DNA of 64,000 bases, from IMG/VR virus record IMGVR_UViG_3300025108_000015, positions 114,234 through 178,233 of that record. One strand, 5' to 3'. The position numbers and the translations under genes are program-made. A model generated the notes under the pieces. The model made no database searches. It was given only the letters and a program-made list of their open reading frames with translations, and had not been told where the DNA came from. Positions 47,010 to 56,611 of the stretch are shown here, piece by piece. Each line of letters opens with the position of its first letter. Position 1 is the stretch's first letter. Source of the stretch: a virus.

Positions 47010-50000
47010 ATGTCATTTGACTACACAGGTTCATTTAGTGGTTCATTTTATGGAGTTATTTCAGCATCCAGCCAGGTTAGCTATACACAAATAACTAATA
47101 AACCTACTACTATTTCAGCATTTCAAAAAAATGCTATAACCGCTAATAATAGGTTTAGAGAAGTAACATATCCAAATGATTCGGCATCATTCGATAGCAG
47201 AATTAATACATTGGAAAATTTAACCGATGATACTGGTTCTGATTCTCAAACTCTTTCGTTTAATCAAGCAAGTAATGAGTTAACAATCACCGAAGGTAAT
47301 ACAGTTGACTTATCCTCACTTTCTGGTGGAGGTGGAGGTGGTGGTTCATCCATATGGACCACTGTGGATGGTAAATACAAAGTAAGTGCAAATTTAGATG
47401 TAACTGGCTCTATTATCGCAACTTCATTTACAGGTTCGATTGATACATCAAGTATCACAAACTTTGATACCGAAGTATCTCGTTCTGCTGCTGCAAGTGG
47501 GTTTGGTACTGGTGGTGGTACATCTGATTTTACACAACTTACTAATGTTCCAAGTGGGTTAATTAGTAGTTCAACCCAAATCACATCAGCTGATTTAGAC
47601 ATGGGTGGTAATAAAGTCCTCTTTGGGAATGTTTATTCTCAATTATCTGACTTACCAAACGCTGCAAGTTACCATGGTATGTTTGCTCACGTTCACGCAA
47701 CTGGTAAAGCATATTTTGCTCATGGTGGTAATTGGGTTGAATTAGCAAACGCAAGTGGTAATATATCATCATCTACACAAGTAGAAGCAATCATAGACAA
47801 TGTATACATTTCAGCATCTGCTGCCGCAAGTGGATTCGGTGCAGGTGGTGGTGAGACTTATGCCGAAGGTTTGGGCATAGACATTGTATCTGAAGTAATA
47901 TCAATTGATACAGCATCCGCACATTTTAGAATAGCAGTATCTCAATCAGCAGCCAGCTACGGATTTGGTTCCGGTGGAGGTGGTGGAGGTGGTTCATTCG
48001 GTGACCCTCCTGTAATTATATCTCATGGATTTACTATACCTGAATTCACAGGCAGTAACGCATTTATTGGTCAACTCATAGCAACAGATGTCACTCCTGG
48101 TGATACACAAACTTGGGCAGTTCAAGATTCGTATAGTGATAACTTCTTTGAGGTATCTACTACTGGTGTAGTTAGAGCTACGGCTTCTTCGAGTAGAGCT
48201 ATGAATACTGATAATACTCCAGGATCAGGTTCACATCCATTCTTAATTAAAGTAACCGATGGCCAAAATAATGTAGTTGAAAAAACTATATACATTCGTG
48301 TAACCCCAAACTCAGCACCATCTTTTAGAATTGATGGTGTAAGTGGAAATACAATTACGGCATTTACCGCATCTTTGGATGAATCATCATCTGCTGAAAC
48401 TAAAACTCAATATAGAGTCTATGTTACGGATGCTGATAGTGATGCACTAACAATTAGAACAGGTAGTTTAGGAACTGACCACTTCTCATTTACAATTGGT
48501 ACGACTGGAGTATCAAAATATATAGACCTTGTTCAAGTAACAAGTTCTTTAGATTACGAGAGTTTAACGTCATACTCATTTATAATCACCGCATCAGATG
48601 CAAATTATGAATTAGGTTACGATGTCGCAAATATAACACACCTACCATTCAGAGTAGAGGTAGTTGATAACTTAGGTCCAGGAATACAAAATCAATCGTT
48701 ATCAGGTTTAAACGAAAACTCATCGGATGGTACTTCTGTTGGTAGTATTACTGCTACTGATAATAGTAATCCTGCTAATACAATATTGTATAAGGACTTT
48801 ACATTGGTATCGGCCCATTCTGGAAGTGACATTTCAAATCCAAATATCACTTCATCACTTGGGGGTACTACATTAACCGACCCTACCGCAGACCCATTCC
48901 AAATGAATATTGCAGGGGCTGTTACTCGTAAGTCTTCAGTATTCTTAAACTCAGATATCGCAAATAGGTATGTGTATAGAGTAAATGTCGGAGATGCTTA
49001 TAACATAGATTCTGCAAGTGCATTGATTACAATTCCAATCGCAGACGATGCTGCTTCAAGTATTGGTGTAAATGGTGGTACTTACTATGTCCACGAAGGT
49101 GCATTGACTGGAAAAAATTTAACAACCAATTCAAATGGATACGCTTCAGGTGATATAACATTTACTTCAGCTGTATCTCAAATGTGGGAAGTTAATAGTG
49201 TACCAAGTGGATATGTTAGATTCCAACAAAATAGCGCAACAAGTTATACGGGTTCAAGTGTAACTCTTGAAGTGGATACTGCTATTAGTGGTAACTTACA
49301 CTTCGCAGATAGTGACACTGTGGCTATACAAATCACTGCATCTGAAACTTCATTTGAAACTACAAAACAATATAGAGACCATACTCTAACGATTACCGAT
49401 AATAAACCATACGCAATTGTATTTACTGATACATCTGCTAATCTAAACACAAATGGTGCTAGACCATCAAATATATTAAGTGTAATTTCATTCACGGAAC
49501 CTCAATTTGGTATTGGTGATACTATTGACCATAGTCAATTCTCATTTACTGACCCAAGTGGTCAATTAACTGCATCACGAAATAGTGATGCTTATGAAGT
49601 AAGTGCTTTAACCAATTTGAGTGGGTCTACTACTTACGAGTTTACTGCAAGTATCGCTGATAGTTATGGTAATATCTCAACATCGGGTTCTTCATTTACA
49701 ATCGTTGAAGCGGGACTTGGTACTCCTGGTGCAAATGGTGTATTTTATGTAATCGAATCGGCTGAAACTGGCGATAGTGTTGTTACTAACTCAAATGGTA
49801 GAACTGGAACTCAGGCTAAGTTGTCAGTAACATACTCACCACAATATAATTCAGCAGCAGTTGCATCATTCACATCATCGAATGCACAACTTAGTGTCGC
49901 GAGTAATGGTAATGTGAGTGTTGGGACTAACATTAGTGGTAGTGGTGATGACTATCCAGGAACAATTAGTTCAAATATTACTTATAGAGACCAATTTGAT

Positions 50001-52184
50001 AACATAGGTAGTGGTTCAGTTAGTATTACTCTAACAATCAATAACGCCCCTACAGCCGCAGAACTTACTTCTACAAATAGAAATACCAATCAGGCAACTA
50101 ATGGTAATCTATTATCCACTATAAAGTGGACTGATACTGAAGGTGATGCATTGAATGTATCTTCATTCACTTTAACAGGCACTGGCGCTTCTAACTTATC
50201 AAGTTCATATGATGGGTCTAATAACTTTGGATTATATGCAAATGGTGACCAATCAGCAGGAACTATCTCGTTTACGGCGAGCATAGAGGATGTACACGGA
50301 TTCAGAACGGGTGTTTATAAAGATGATATTACAATCGCACAAGCTGACAATGGTACTCTAACATCTCCTGGTAATTTGTTTATTATTGAATCTGCTACAA
50401 ATGGTGATGGTATTACAAATACCACAACTGGTATTGGTACTGCTAAAACTTTGAGTGTAACGTATTCACCAAGTTATGGGTCGCCGGTTGCACAAAACTT
50501 TACTTCAGACAACCCATTTATCTCAGTTGGTTCATCGACTGGTGTACTGACAGTTGGAAATAATATTAGTGGTAGTAGTAATGTAGATGGTTCCACTATT
50601 ACATCGACCATCGGATGGTCAGACCAATATGGTAATCCAAATTCACAACCAATCACAATAAGCGTTACTCCGAATAACGCACCAAGTGTAACAAGTGATA
50701 CACAAACCACTGCTAATTTAAATACAAACTTAGCGATTGATGATGCATTATTAACCACATTAACATGGGGTGATGTTGAGAGTGATTCTTTAAATATCAA
50801 CACATTTAATTTAAGTGGTACTAACGCATCGAGTCTTTCGTCATCTTATATTGGTGGTAACTCATTTGAGATTCGTGCAAACGGAGCATTAGCAGCAGGA
50901 ACATACAATTATAACGCAAATGTTAAAGATGTACATGGATTTAACCAAGGAGTATACTCTGACGCAATTACCATATCACAAGCAGGTGGTGGTAGTTTAA
51001 GTGTAAGTTCATTTAACATAATAGAATCCGCACTAAGTGGTTCTAATATCACAACTGATACTGATGGAATAGGTTCAGCCGCACAACTATCTGTAAATTA
51101 TTCTCCAGATTATGGAAGTCAATCCGAGCAAAATTTTGCAACTGTTAGTTCGCTTGTACACGTAACTTCAACTGGTATATTAACTATTGAAGATAATGTA
51201 AGTGGTTCATACGCAAATGGAGCAAACTTCACGGCACCTATAACATGGACTGACCAATATGGAAACGCAGGAGCAGAGACTATAACAATTGAAGTTAGAA
51301 ATAATGTAAACCCAAGTGTAACATTTGCTAGTAATGAAACTGTAAACGCACCTCTTTCGGCCGGTACTAAGTTGGGGTCATTTACTATAAGTGATACTGA
51401 AAACGATACACCATTTAGCGCGTCTATTAGTGGTAGAGACGCATCTAAGGTAGCATTGGACTCACAAAATGTAAACTCATCTTCATACTTTATTAACGCC
51501 GCTGACAATTCAGTTACAAGTCAAGCTGATTTACATTACATGGTCTCAGTTAACGATGCATATGGTGAGGATTTTGTCCACACCCCAAGAACATCATCAA
51601 TTGGAGCAGTTCCAGCAGCAGCCCCAATTGTTTATATTTATGATATTGGGTTGTCTTCTACAAACTACAATAATACTCTTGGATATTCAGCCGCAACAAA
51701 CGTAGTTCCTTCAACATTATCAACCGCTACTGTATATAGTGGATTCGGATTTGCTGATATAATACAATCAAGTTTGGGTGGAACAAGTCTATCTTATAGT
51801 TTTGGTAGTTCTTATACAGCAACTTTGTTGAATTCCAAATCAATGACTGACTTATATGATATTAGCGAATCCTTTGGTAGAATGAATAAGAATTCAGGAC
51901 ACCGTGTCGCTATAATTATCCCAAGTGGGTCTTCGATGAGTAATGTACCTACAATTATGGGCGATGGTTACAATTCAAATGGTTATTCTAACTTAGAGGT
52001 AGCTGTTGACAACGCAAATATAGGTAGTGGATTAGGTACTACTGAACAAAGTTATATACACAAGATAACCTTAGATTCAGCAGTAAATGGATTTGATGAT
52101 TATATTATAATATCAACAGTAAATCCAGTAGCCGGTTCATCAAATATATTATTAGACATTAGACCTGATAATTCTACACCATAA
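47010..52184 (+). CDS. Large fibre/adhesin-like virion protein with cadherin/Ig-like repeats
   Basis: Cadherin-like units (DADSDALT ... LDYE ... ITASD; NNAP..DxEGD), ~210-aa repeats at about 49730-51330 and N-terminal SAAASGFG motifs. Confidence 0.7.
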   Translation: MSFDYTGSFSGSFYGVISASSQVSYTQITNKPTTISAFQKNAITANNRFREVTYPNDSASFDSRINTLENLTDDTGSDSQTLSFNQASNELTITEGNTVDLSSLSGGGGGGGSSIWTTVDGKYKVSANLDVTGSIIATSFTGSIDTSSITNFDTEVSRSAAASGFGTGGGTSDFTQLTNVPSGLISSSTQITSADLDMGGNKVLFGNVYSQLSDLPNAASYHGMFAHVHATGKAYFAHGGNWVELANASGNISSSTQVEAIIDNVYISASAAASGFGAGGGETYAEGLGIDIVSEVISIDTASAHFRIAVSQSAASYGFGSGGGGGGGSFGDPPVIISHGFTIPEFTGSNAFIGQLIATDVTPGDTQTWAVQDSYSDNFFEVSTTGVVRATASSSRAMNTDNTPGSGSHPFLIKVTDGQNNVVEKTIYIRVTPNSAPSFRIDGVSGNTITAFTASLDESSSAETKTQYRVYVTDADSDALTIRTGSLGTDHFSFTIGTTGVSKYIDLVQVTSSLDYESLTSYSFIITASDANYELGYDVANITHLPFRVEVVDNLGPGIQNQSLSGLNENSSDGTSVGSITATDNSNPANTILYKDFTLVSAHSGSDISNPNITSSLGGTTLTDPTADPFQMNIAGAVTRKSSVFLNSDIANRYVYRVNVGDAYNIDSASALITIPIADDAASSIGVNGGTYYVHEGALTGKNLTTNSNGYASGDITFTSAVSQMWEVNSVPSGYVRFQQNSATSYTGSSVTLEVDTAISGNLHFADSDTVAIQITASETSFETTKQYRDHTLTITDNKPYAIVFTDTSANLNTNGARPSNILSVISFTEPQFGIGDTIDHSQFSFTDPSGQLTASRNSDAYEVSALTNLSGSTTYEFTASIADSYGNISTSGSSFTIVEAGLGTPGANGVFYVIESAETGDSVVTNSNGRTGTQAKLSVTYSPQYNSAAVASFTSSNAQLSVASNGNVSVGTNISGSGDDYPGTISSNITYRDQFDNIGSGSVSITLTINNAPTAAELTSTNRNTNQATNGNLLSTIKWTDTEGDALNVSSFTLTGTGASNLSSSYDGSNNFGLYANGDQSAGTISFTASIEDVHGFRTGVYKDDITIAQADNGTLTSPGNLFIIESATNGDGITNTTTGIGTAKTLSVTYSPSYGSPVAQNFTSDNPFISVGSSTGVLTVGNNISGSSNVDGSTITSTIGWSDQYGNPNSQPITISVTPNNAPSVTSDTQTTANLNTNLAIDDALLTTLTWGDVESDSLNINTFNLSGTNASSLSSSYIGGNSFEIRANGALAAGTYNYNANVKDVHGFNQGVYSDAITISQAGGGSLSVSSFNIIESALSGSNITTDTDGIGSAAQLSVNYSPDYGSQSEQNFATVSSLVHVTSTGILTIEDNVSGSYANGANFTAPITWTDQYGNAGAETITIEVRNNVNPSVTFASNETVNAPLSAGTKLGSFTISDTENDTPFSASISGRDASKVALDSQNVNSSSYFINAADNSVTSQADLHYMVSVNDAYGEDFVHTPRTSSIGAVPAAAPIVYIYDIGLSSTNYNNTLGYSAATNVVPSTLSTATVYSGFGFADIIQSSLGGTSLSYSFGSSYTATLLNSKSMTDLYDISESFGRMNKNSGHRVAIIIPSGSSMSNVPTIMGDGYNSNGYSNLEVAVDNANIGSGLGTTEQSYIHKITLDSAVNGFDDYIIISTVNPVAGSSNILLDIRPDNSTP

Positions 52185-52198
52185 TAGGAGATAATTAA

Positions 52199-52852
52199 AT
52201 GCCAGCAATTACAAGTAAATTAGTCTTATCATCAGCCGCCCAATCAGCAAATACTGTATTAGCTGATATTGGTTTAATAAAAGGTGCGTTATATGGTGTA
52301 AGTACTTTTAGCGATTTGGGAAACATTCACTCTAACTATGTTGAAGATGGGCAGTTGATGTTTGTCCAAGATGTATCAAAATTTTATTCGTTAACAATCA
52401 CTGCGGCAAATCCACCAGTTACATTTACTGATACCTTTACTTGGAATGAAGTAACACTCGGAGCAAGTGGAGCACTTACCGCAGATGATACGGGTTCGTT
52501 TATTCTAGCATCACAAACTGGCTCATTCTTAACTTCCGCAGATACGGGATCGTTTATTCTAGCATCACAAACCTCATCAATGTCGGTTGCTACATCATCA
52601 TTTATTTCAGATTCATTCATATCAGCATCTGCTGCAAGAAGTGGGTTTGGTTCTGGTGGTAGTGGTGGTAGTGGAATATTCACACAAGTAGGTTCCGATT
52701 ATACAACAACTAATAATCTTCAAATTACTGGATCTGTAACTGTAAATAATGGGTTATTTAAATTAACGGAGTTCACAACACTACCAAATGTAGAAGAAGG
52801 TGCAATGGCATATTCAGCATCTAATTTTTACTTTGGTATTGGTGATGTTTAA
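52199..52852 (+). CDS. Fibre-family virion protein
   Basis: Internal repeat (DTGSFILASQT twice); shares ISASAAxSGFG and a GS.IxT-type module with 47010..52184. Confidence 0.6.
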   Translation: MPAITSKLVLSSAAQSANTVLADIGLIKGALYGVSTFSDLGNIHSNYVEDGQLMFVQDVSKFYSLTITAANPPVTFTDTFTWNEVTLGASGALTADDTGSFILASQTGSFLTSADTGSFILASQTSSMSVATSSFISDSFISASAARSGFGSGGSGGSGIFTQVGSDYTTTNNLQITGSVTVNNGLFKLTEFTTLPNVEEGAMAYSASNFYFGIGDV

Positions 52853-52863
52853 AATAATAAAAA

Positions 52864-52873
52864 CATACTTATA
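52864..52873 (+). promoter_or_regulatory. Putative late promoter motif
   Basis: CATACTTATA upstream of 52952. Confidence 0.55.
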
Positions 52874-52951
52874 ATAAGAAAATAAATTTTAAAAAAGTTA
52901 CATCGATATATCAATTAATTGTATTAATACAAAAACAAAGGAAAATTAATT

Positions 52952-54046
52952 ATGGCAACATGGAAAAAGGTCATTGTATCCGGTAGTAATATCTCGGATT
53001 TAAAAAATGACTCAAATTATTTATCAAGCGCAGGTGATGGAATTATATCAGCATCATCTGTAAGTTCTACCGCTCAAGGTGAGTTTACCTCATCATTCAA
53101 TGGTGTACTAACTGAACTTAACTTAGGATTAACATCAACTGATGATGTTCAATTCAACTCTGTAACTGCATCAATTCAAGGTAATGTTGTTGGTGATGTA
53201 GTTGGTAATCTAACTGGTACTGCATCTTATGTAGATGGTGATGATGTTAACTTCGATGCGACTGGTAATGGTCAAACTGCAACTGAGTTCTCTGCATCTA
53301 TCTCAGGTCGTATCTTAGGTCTTGAACAAGGACAATATGACTTAGAGTTCTCTGGTTCGACTGGAGATGGTACAATTACTGATGCTGAACACCTTAGTAT
53401 CTTAGGTGGTACAAACGTAGATACAGTAGCAGCCGGTAACAGCCTTACTATTAACTTGGATGATACTATTAGTCTAAGTCAAGTAACTGCATCTATCGTA
53501 TCTGCAAGTAATGGGTTTATTGGTGACTTAACAGGTGATGTAACGGGTAATGCTGACACTGCGACTACCTCATCTTATGTAGCTGCATCTTCACCATCAC
53601 AAGGTACAGTAACAATTACTGGTAACGACATTGACTTGGGTCTTCAAGTAGCTGATTCGCCTGTATTCGCCGATTTAAGACTTACGGGTAATCTTACAGT
53701 TGAAGGTACAAGAACTGAATTGAACGTAGCAAACTTGAACGTAGAAGACGCATTCATTTTATTGAATTCTGGTTCAGCTAGTGGTGATACCGGTATCATT
53801 TTCGGTGGTGCTAACACTACTAATATCAATACTGGTTCAGCTATATTCTATGATGATAGTGATTCAGTATTTTCTTACGCTGCAGATGTTGAAGCGGGTG
53901 ACGTTACAGCAACAGCTGCATCTAAATTAGGTAACATCCAAGTAATGGCTGGTGCTGGTTCTCATAATATGGCCGCAGCAACATTCCAAGGTGTGGGTAC
54001 TATCGCTGTAGATAATGGTGAGTGTATTTGGATTCAAACAGCGTAA
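52952..54046 (+). CDS. Tail-fibre-like protein
   Basis: MATWKKVIVSGS start; trimeric-fibre-like motifs (GDLTGDVTGNADTA, LTGNLTVEGT..LNVED); paralog of 54656. Confidence 0.65.
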   Translation: MATWKKVIVSGSNISDLKNDSNYLSSAGDGIISASSVSSTAQGEFTSSFNGVLTELNLGLTSTDDVQFNSVTASIQGNVVGDVVGNLTGTASYVDGDDVNFDATGNGQTATEFSASISGRILGLEQGQYDLEFSGSTGDGTITDAEHLSILGGTNVDTVAAGNSLTINLDDTISLSQVTASIVSASNGFIGDLTGDVTGNADTATTSSYVAASSPSQGTVTITGNDIDLGLQVADSPVFADLRLTGNLTVEGTRTELNVANLNVEDAFILLNSGSASGDTGIIFGGANTTNINTGSAIFYDDSDSVFSYAADVEAGDVTATAASKLGNIQVMAGAGSHNMAAATFQGVGTIAVDNGECIWIQTA

Positions 54047-54071
54047 TTTATTAATGTTGAAAAGGTTATAT

Positions 54072-54266
54072 ATGAGTTTACATAAAAAGTTGGGATTGTC
54101 CAACAATAAAACTCAAAATGATAAAGAGGGAACCCTCAAGCTCACTAAGGGTGAGCTTGAGTCCCTTCTTATCGGATTGGGTGAAGCTTCATTTAAAGGT
54201 AAGCAAGTTGAGTCAGTATTCAAACTAGCTATGAAGATTCAAAACGAAATTAAAAAATTAAGTTAA
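54072..54266 (+). CDS. Small helical protein, possible fibre chaperone
   Basis: ATG at 54072 (MSLHKKL) preferred over 54015; similar to the next ORF. Confidence 0.55.
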   Translation: MSLHKKLGLSNNKTQNDKEGTLKLTKGELESLLIGLGEASFKGKQVESVFKLAMKIQNEIKKLS

Positions 54267-54273
54267 TTTAATT

Positions 54274-54465
54274 ATGAAAAGTTACGAAGGATTAAATGCA
54301 AGTGATTGGAAGATAGTCCAAATTGCATTAAACAAAATGGAAATTCGTGGTAAGGAAGCGCCTATAATCACAGGTATAATGGCAAAAGTTCAAATGGAAC
54401 TTGAATTATTAGAATTACCCGTAAGTGAACGCCCTAAAAAGGGTGACATCATTACAAAGGAATAA
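54274..54465 (+). CDS. Small helical protein, possible fibre chaperone
   Basis: LNASDW..IALNKMEIRGKEAPII..IMAKVQ aligns with the preceding ORF. Confidence 0.6.
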   Translation: MKSYEGLNASDWKIVQIALNKMEIRGKEAPIITGIMAKVQMELELLELPVSERPKKGDIITKE

Positions 54466-54471
54466 TTTAAG

Positions 54472-54500
54472 AATCCTCTACAAAAGTAGGGGATTTTTTT
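54472..54500 (+). terminator. Rho-independent terminator
   Basis: AATCCTCTAC-AAAA-GTAGGGGATT followed by a T run. Confidence 0.9.
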
Positions 54501-54559
54501 ATTATAAACCAATCTACTACCAAATCTGAATTATCTATGTGGTTTTTATTTTATAGTAA

Positions 54560-54569
54560 ACTATTTATA
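54560..54569 (+). promoter_or_regulatory. Putative late promoter motif
   Basis: ACTATTTATA, 86 nt upstream of 54656. Confidence 0.5.
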
Positions 54570-54589
54570 AGAGATTAATCAAACATAAA

Positions 54590-54647
54590 CCTGGTTGTTG
54601 GCTCGAAAGAGAAGTGGGCATGAAAATGTTACCAACCGCAAATTAGG
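54590..54647 (+). ncRNA. Candidate structured 5' leader RNA (three-way junction with two GAAA tetraloops)
   Basis: P1 GGTTG/CAACC, P2 CTC-GAAA-GAG, P3 GTGGGCAT-GAAA-ATGTTAC; a GC-rich island in an AT-rich spacer; family not recognised. Confidence 0.45.
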
Positions 54648-54655
54648 AAAAGGAT

Positions 54656-56563
54656 ATGCCGAATTGGAAAAAAGTCATCACTTCCGGTAGTGATGCAATT
54701 TTAAATCAAATTACATCATCAGGTGGAATAAACTCCACCGATATTACAATCAATGATTGGGGAAGTGTATCAGCTTCATTAGCATCATTGGATACATTAA
54801 CCTATGGTGATTCTGATGTCAAACTCAAATTAAATACTGAAGGTGTACTTAGTGGGTCTACATTCTCATCACCATCTCAAGGTACTGTTAGAGCTACCAT
54901 AAATGGTGTTAATTCTGATGTAGATACTGGCTTACAATCCGCAGATTCACCTACATTTGATAGTTTAACATTAACAGGTGACCTTACAGTATTAGGTAGT
55001 AAAGTAGACCTACAAGTAGCTGAACTTAATGTTCAAGATAAATTTATAAAAATAGCAAGTGGGTCAGCTAATCCTACGGCCGCTAACGGTGCAGGTATTT
55101 ATATTGATGGGGCTGATGTGTCTTTACATTGGTCTAGTACCAATAGTAGATTTCAATTTGACGATGACCTACATACAGCAGCAACTCTTAACATTGGTAA
55201 CGTAAACCACGCAACAACTGATACTGACAAGTTTTTGGTATTAGACTCTAATGGTGACGTAGACTATCGTACCGGCACTGAGGTCCTTTCAGATATTGGT
55301 GGTACTGGTGCTTCTAACCTTAGTGGTGCAGCAACTGAGATTCCATTCTTTAGTTCAACAAGTGCTATAACGAGTTCAGTTCGGTTAAAGTTAAATAAAA
55401 ATATAACTACCGGTGATGTGTTAGTACACCATGGTCAGTTTAATGTAATCAATGACCCAAGTGTTTCGGGAACATCTGCAATGCAGATTATTGTGGGTTC
55501 TGGTTCAAGTGGTGATGTTTCAAATCCACAATATGATTCGTTCCTATCAATGGAACAAGAAAGTGCTACCATAGTAGGTCTTAGAGCACATGGTACAACA
55601 CCAACATCAGCTCAAATTAAAATGAGAACTGATGTTAGTGATGCTTATTCGATTGGTAGACTAACAAACCCATATGGTGCAAATACTCTTAGAATAAAAC
55701 CAGCTATTATTGCTGAAGGTGGTCTTTCTATAACTGGATCATTAACTATATCGGGTTCTAATACATTAAAAAATATCGGACCAGCACAATTTAGTGGTTC
55801 GGTTAATATTAAAACAGATAAGCAAGTACAAGCAACAACTGATACTGACAAGTTTGTTGTATTGGATGGTGACCAACTTAAATATAGAAGTGGTACGCAA
55901 TTATATGATGATATAGGTGTTACTTCACTATCATCATCAATTGCAAGTGATATTGCTGGGCTTGATGCTGCTAGTGGTAATTACGTTATAAATGATACTG
56001 GAGCATCATCTAATAGATTAGCTATTTGGTCTAATACTGCCCGAATTAAAGGTGATTCTGCTTTTAAAATCCTCGAAAATAAATATGGTCAAGGTTTTCA
56101 ATTTGACCAATGGGGTGGTAACCAAGTTGATACACTTAAATCACCGGCCTTCAAAGGGAATGGTTTGGAACTTGGAGATAATATCCCTGGAACCCCAGCA
56201 CCATTCACAGCGTCTCTCACAATTCATACAAATCACGGAAACACTAGCAACTCAGTAGAAAAAACAGCTGAAGGTCATCAGTATGGAGTAGGCACTCATG
56301 TAATTTATCAAAAAGTGGGTTCGTCTTTCCATATACATTACAATATTTCAGAGGGTAGTGCAATGCGTTCTGGACAATTAACTATTGTTGTTAGTGGTAA
56401 CGAGGTAGCGATGACCGAATATAGTACAACTGATATTGGAACTGGAAGTTCAAGTCCAGCTCAATTCTCAGCAACAGCATCTAACGGTGTGTTAACATTA
56501 TCGATAACATCCGCCGGTGGTGGAACTATTTTGTTTAACGTAGAACGTATGTATAGTATATAA
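54656..56563 (+). CDS. Tail-fibre-like protein
   Basis: MPNWKKVITSGS start; SPSQGTV..GLQ.ADSP.F..L.LTG.LTV shared with 52952; two DTDKF.VLD modules. Confidence 0.65.
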   Translation: MPNWKKVITSGSDAILNQITSSGGINSTDITINDWGSVSASLASLDTLTYGDSDVKLKLNTEGVLSGSTFSSPSQGTVRATINGVNSDVDTGLQSADSPTFDSLTLTGDLTVLGSKVDLQVAELNVQDKFIKIASGSANPTAANGAGIYIDGADVSLHWSSTNSRFQFDDDLHTAATLNIGNVNHATTDTDKFLVLDSNGDVDYRTGTEVLSDIGGTGASNLSGAATEIPFFSSTSAITSSVRLKLNKNITTGDVLVHHGQFNVINDPSVSGTSAMQIIVGSGSSGDVSNPQYDSFLSMEQESATIVGLRAHGTTPTSAQIKMRTDVSDAYSIGRLTNPYGANTLRIKPAIIAEGGLSITGSLTISGSNTLKNIGPAQFSGSVNIKTDKQVQATTDTDKFVVLDGDQLKYRSGTQLYDDIGVTSLSSSIASDIAGLDAASGNYVINDTGASSNRLAIWSNTARIKGDSAFKILENKYGQGFQFDQWGGNQVDTLKSPAFKGNGLELGDNIPGTPAPFTASLTIHTNHGNTSNSVEKTAEGHQYGVGTHVIYQKVGSSFHIHYNISEGSAMRSGQLTIVVSGNEVAMTEYSTTDIGTGSSSPAQFSATASNGVLTLSITSAGGGTILFNVERMYSI

Positions 56564-56611
56564 AATAAATTAAATCCTAAGTTTGGAAAGTGAAAAACAC
56601 GAGGAAATAAA

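Noticed and set aside
52919-52932. Perfect 14-bp palindrome TTGTATTAATACAA upstream of 52952
   Set aside because: A single, very AT-rich occurrence that could easily arise by chance
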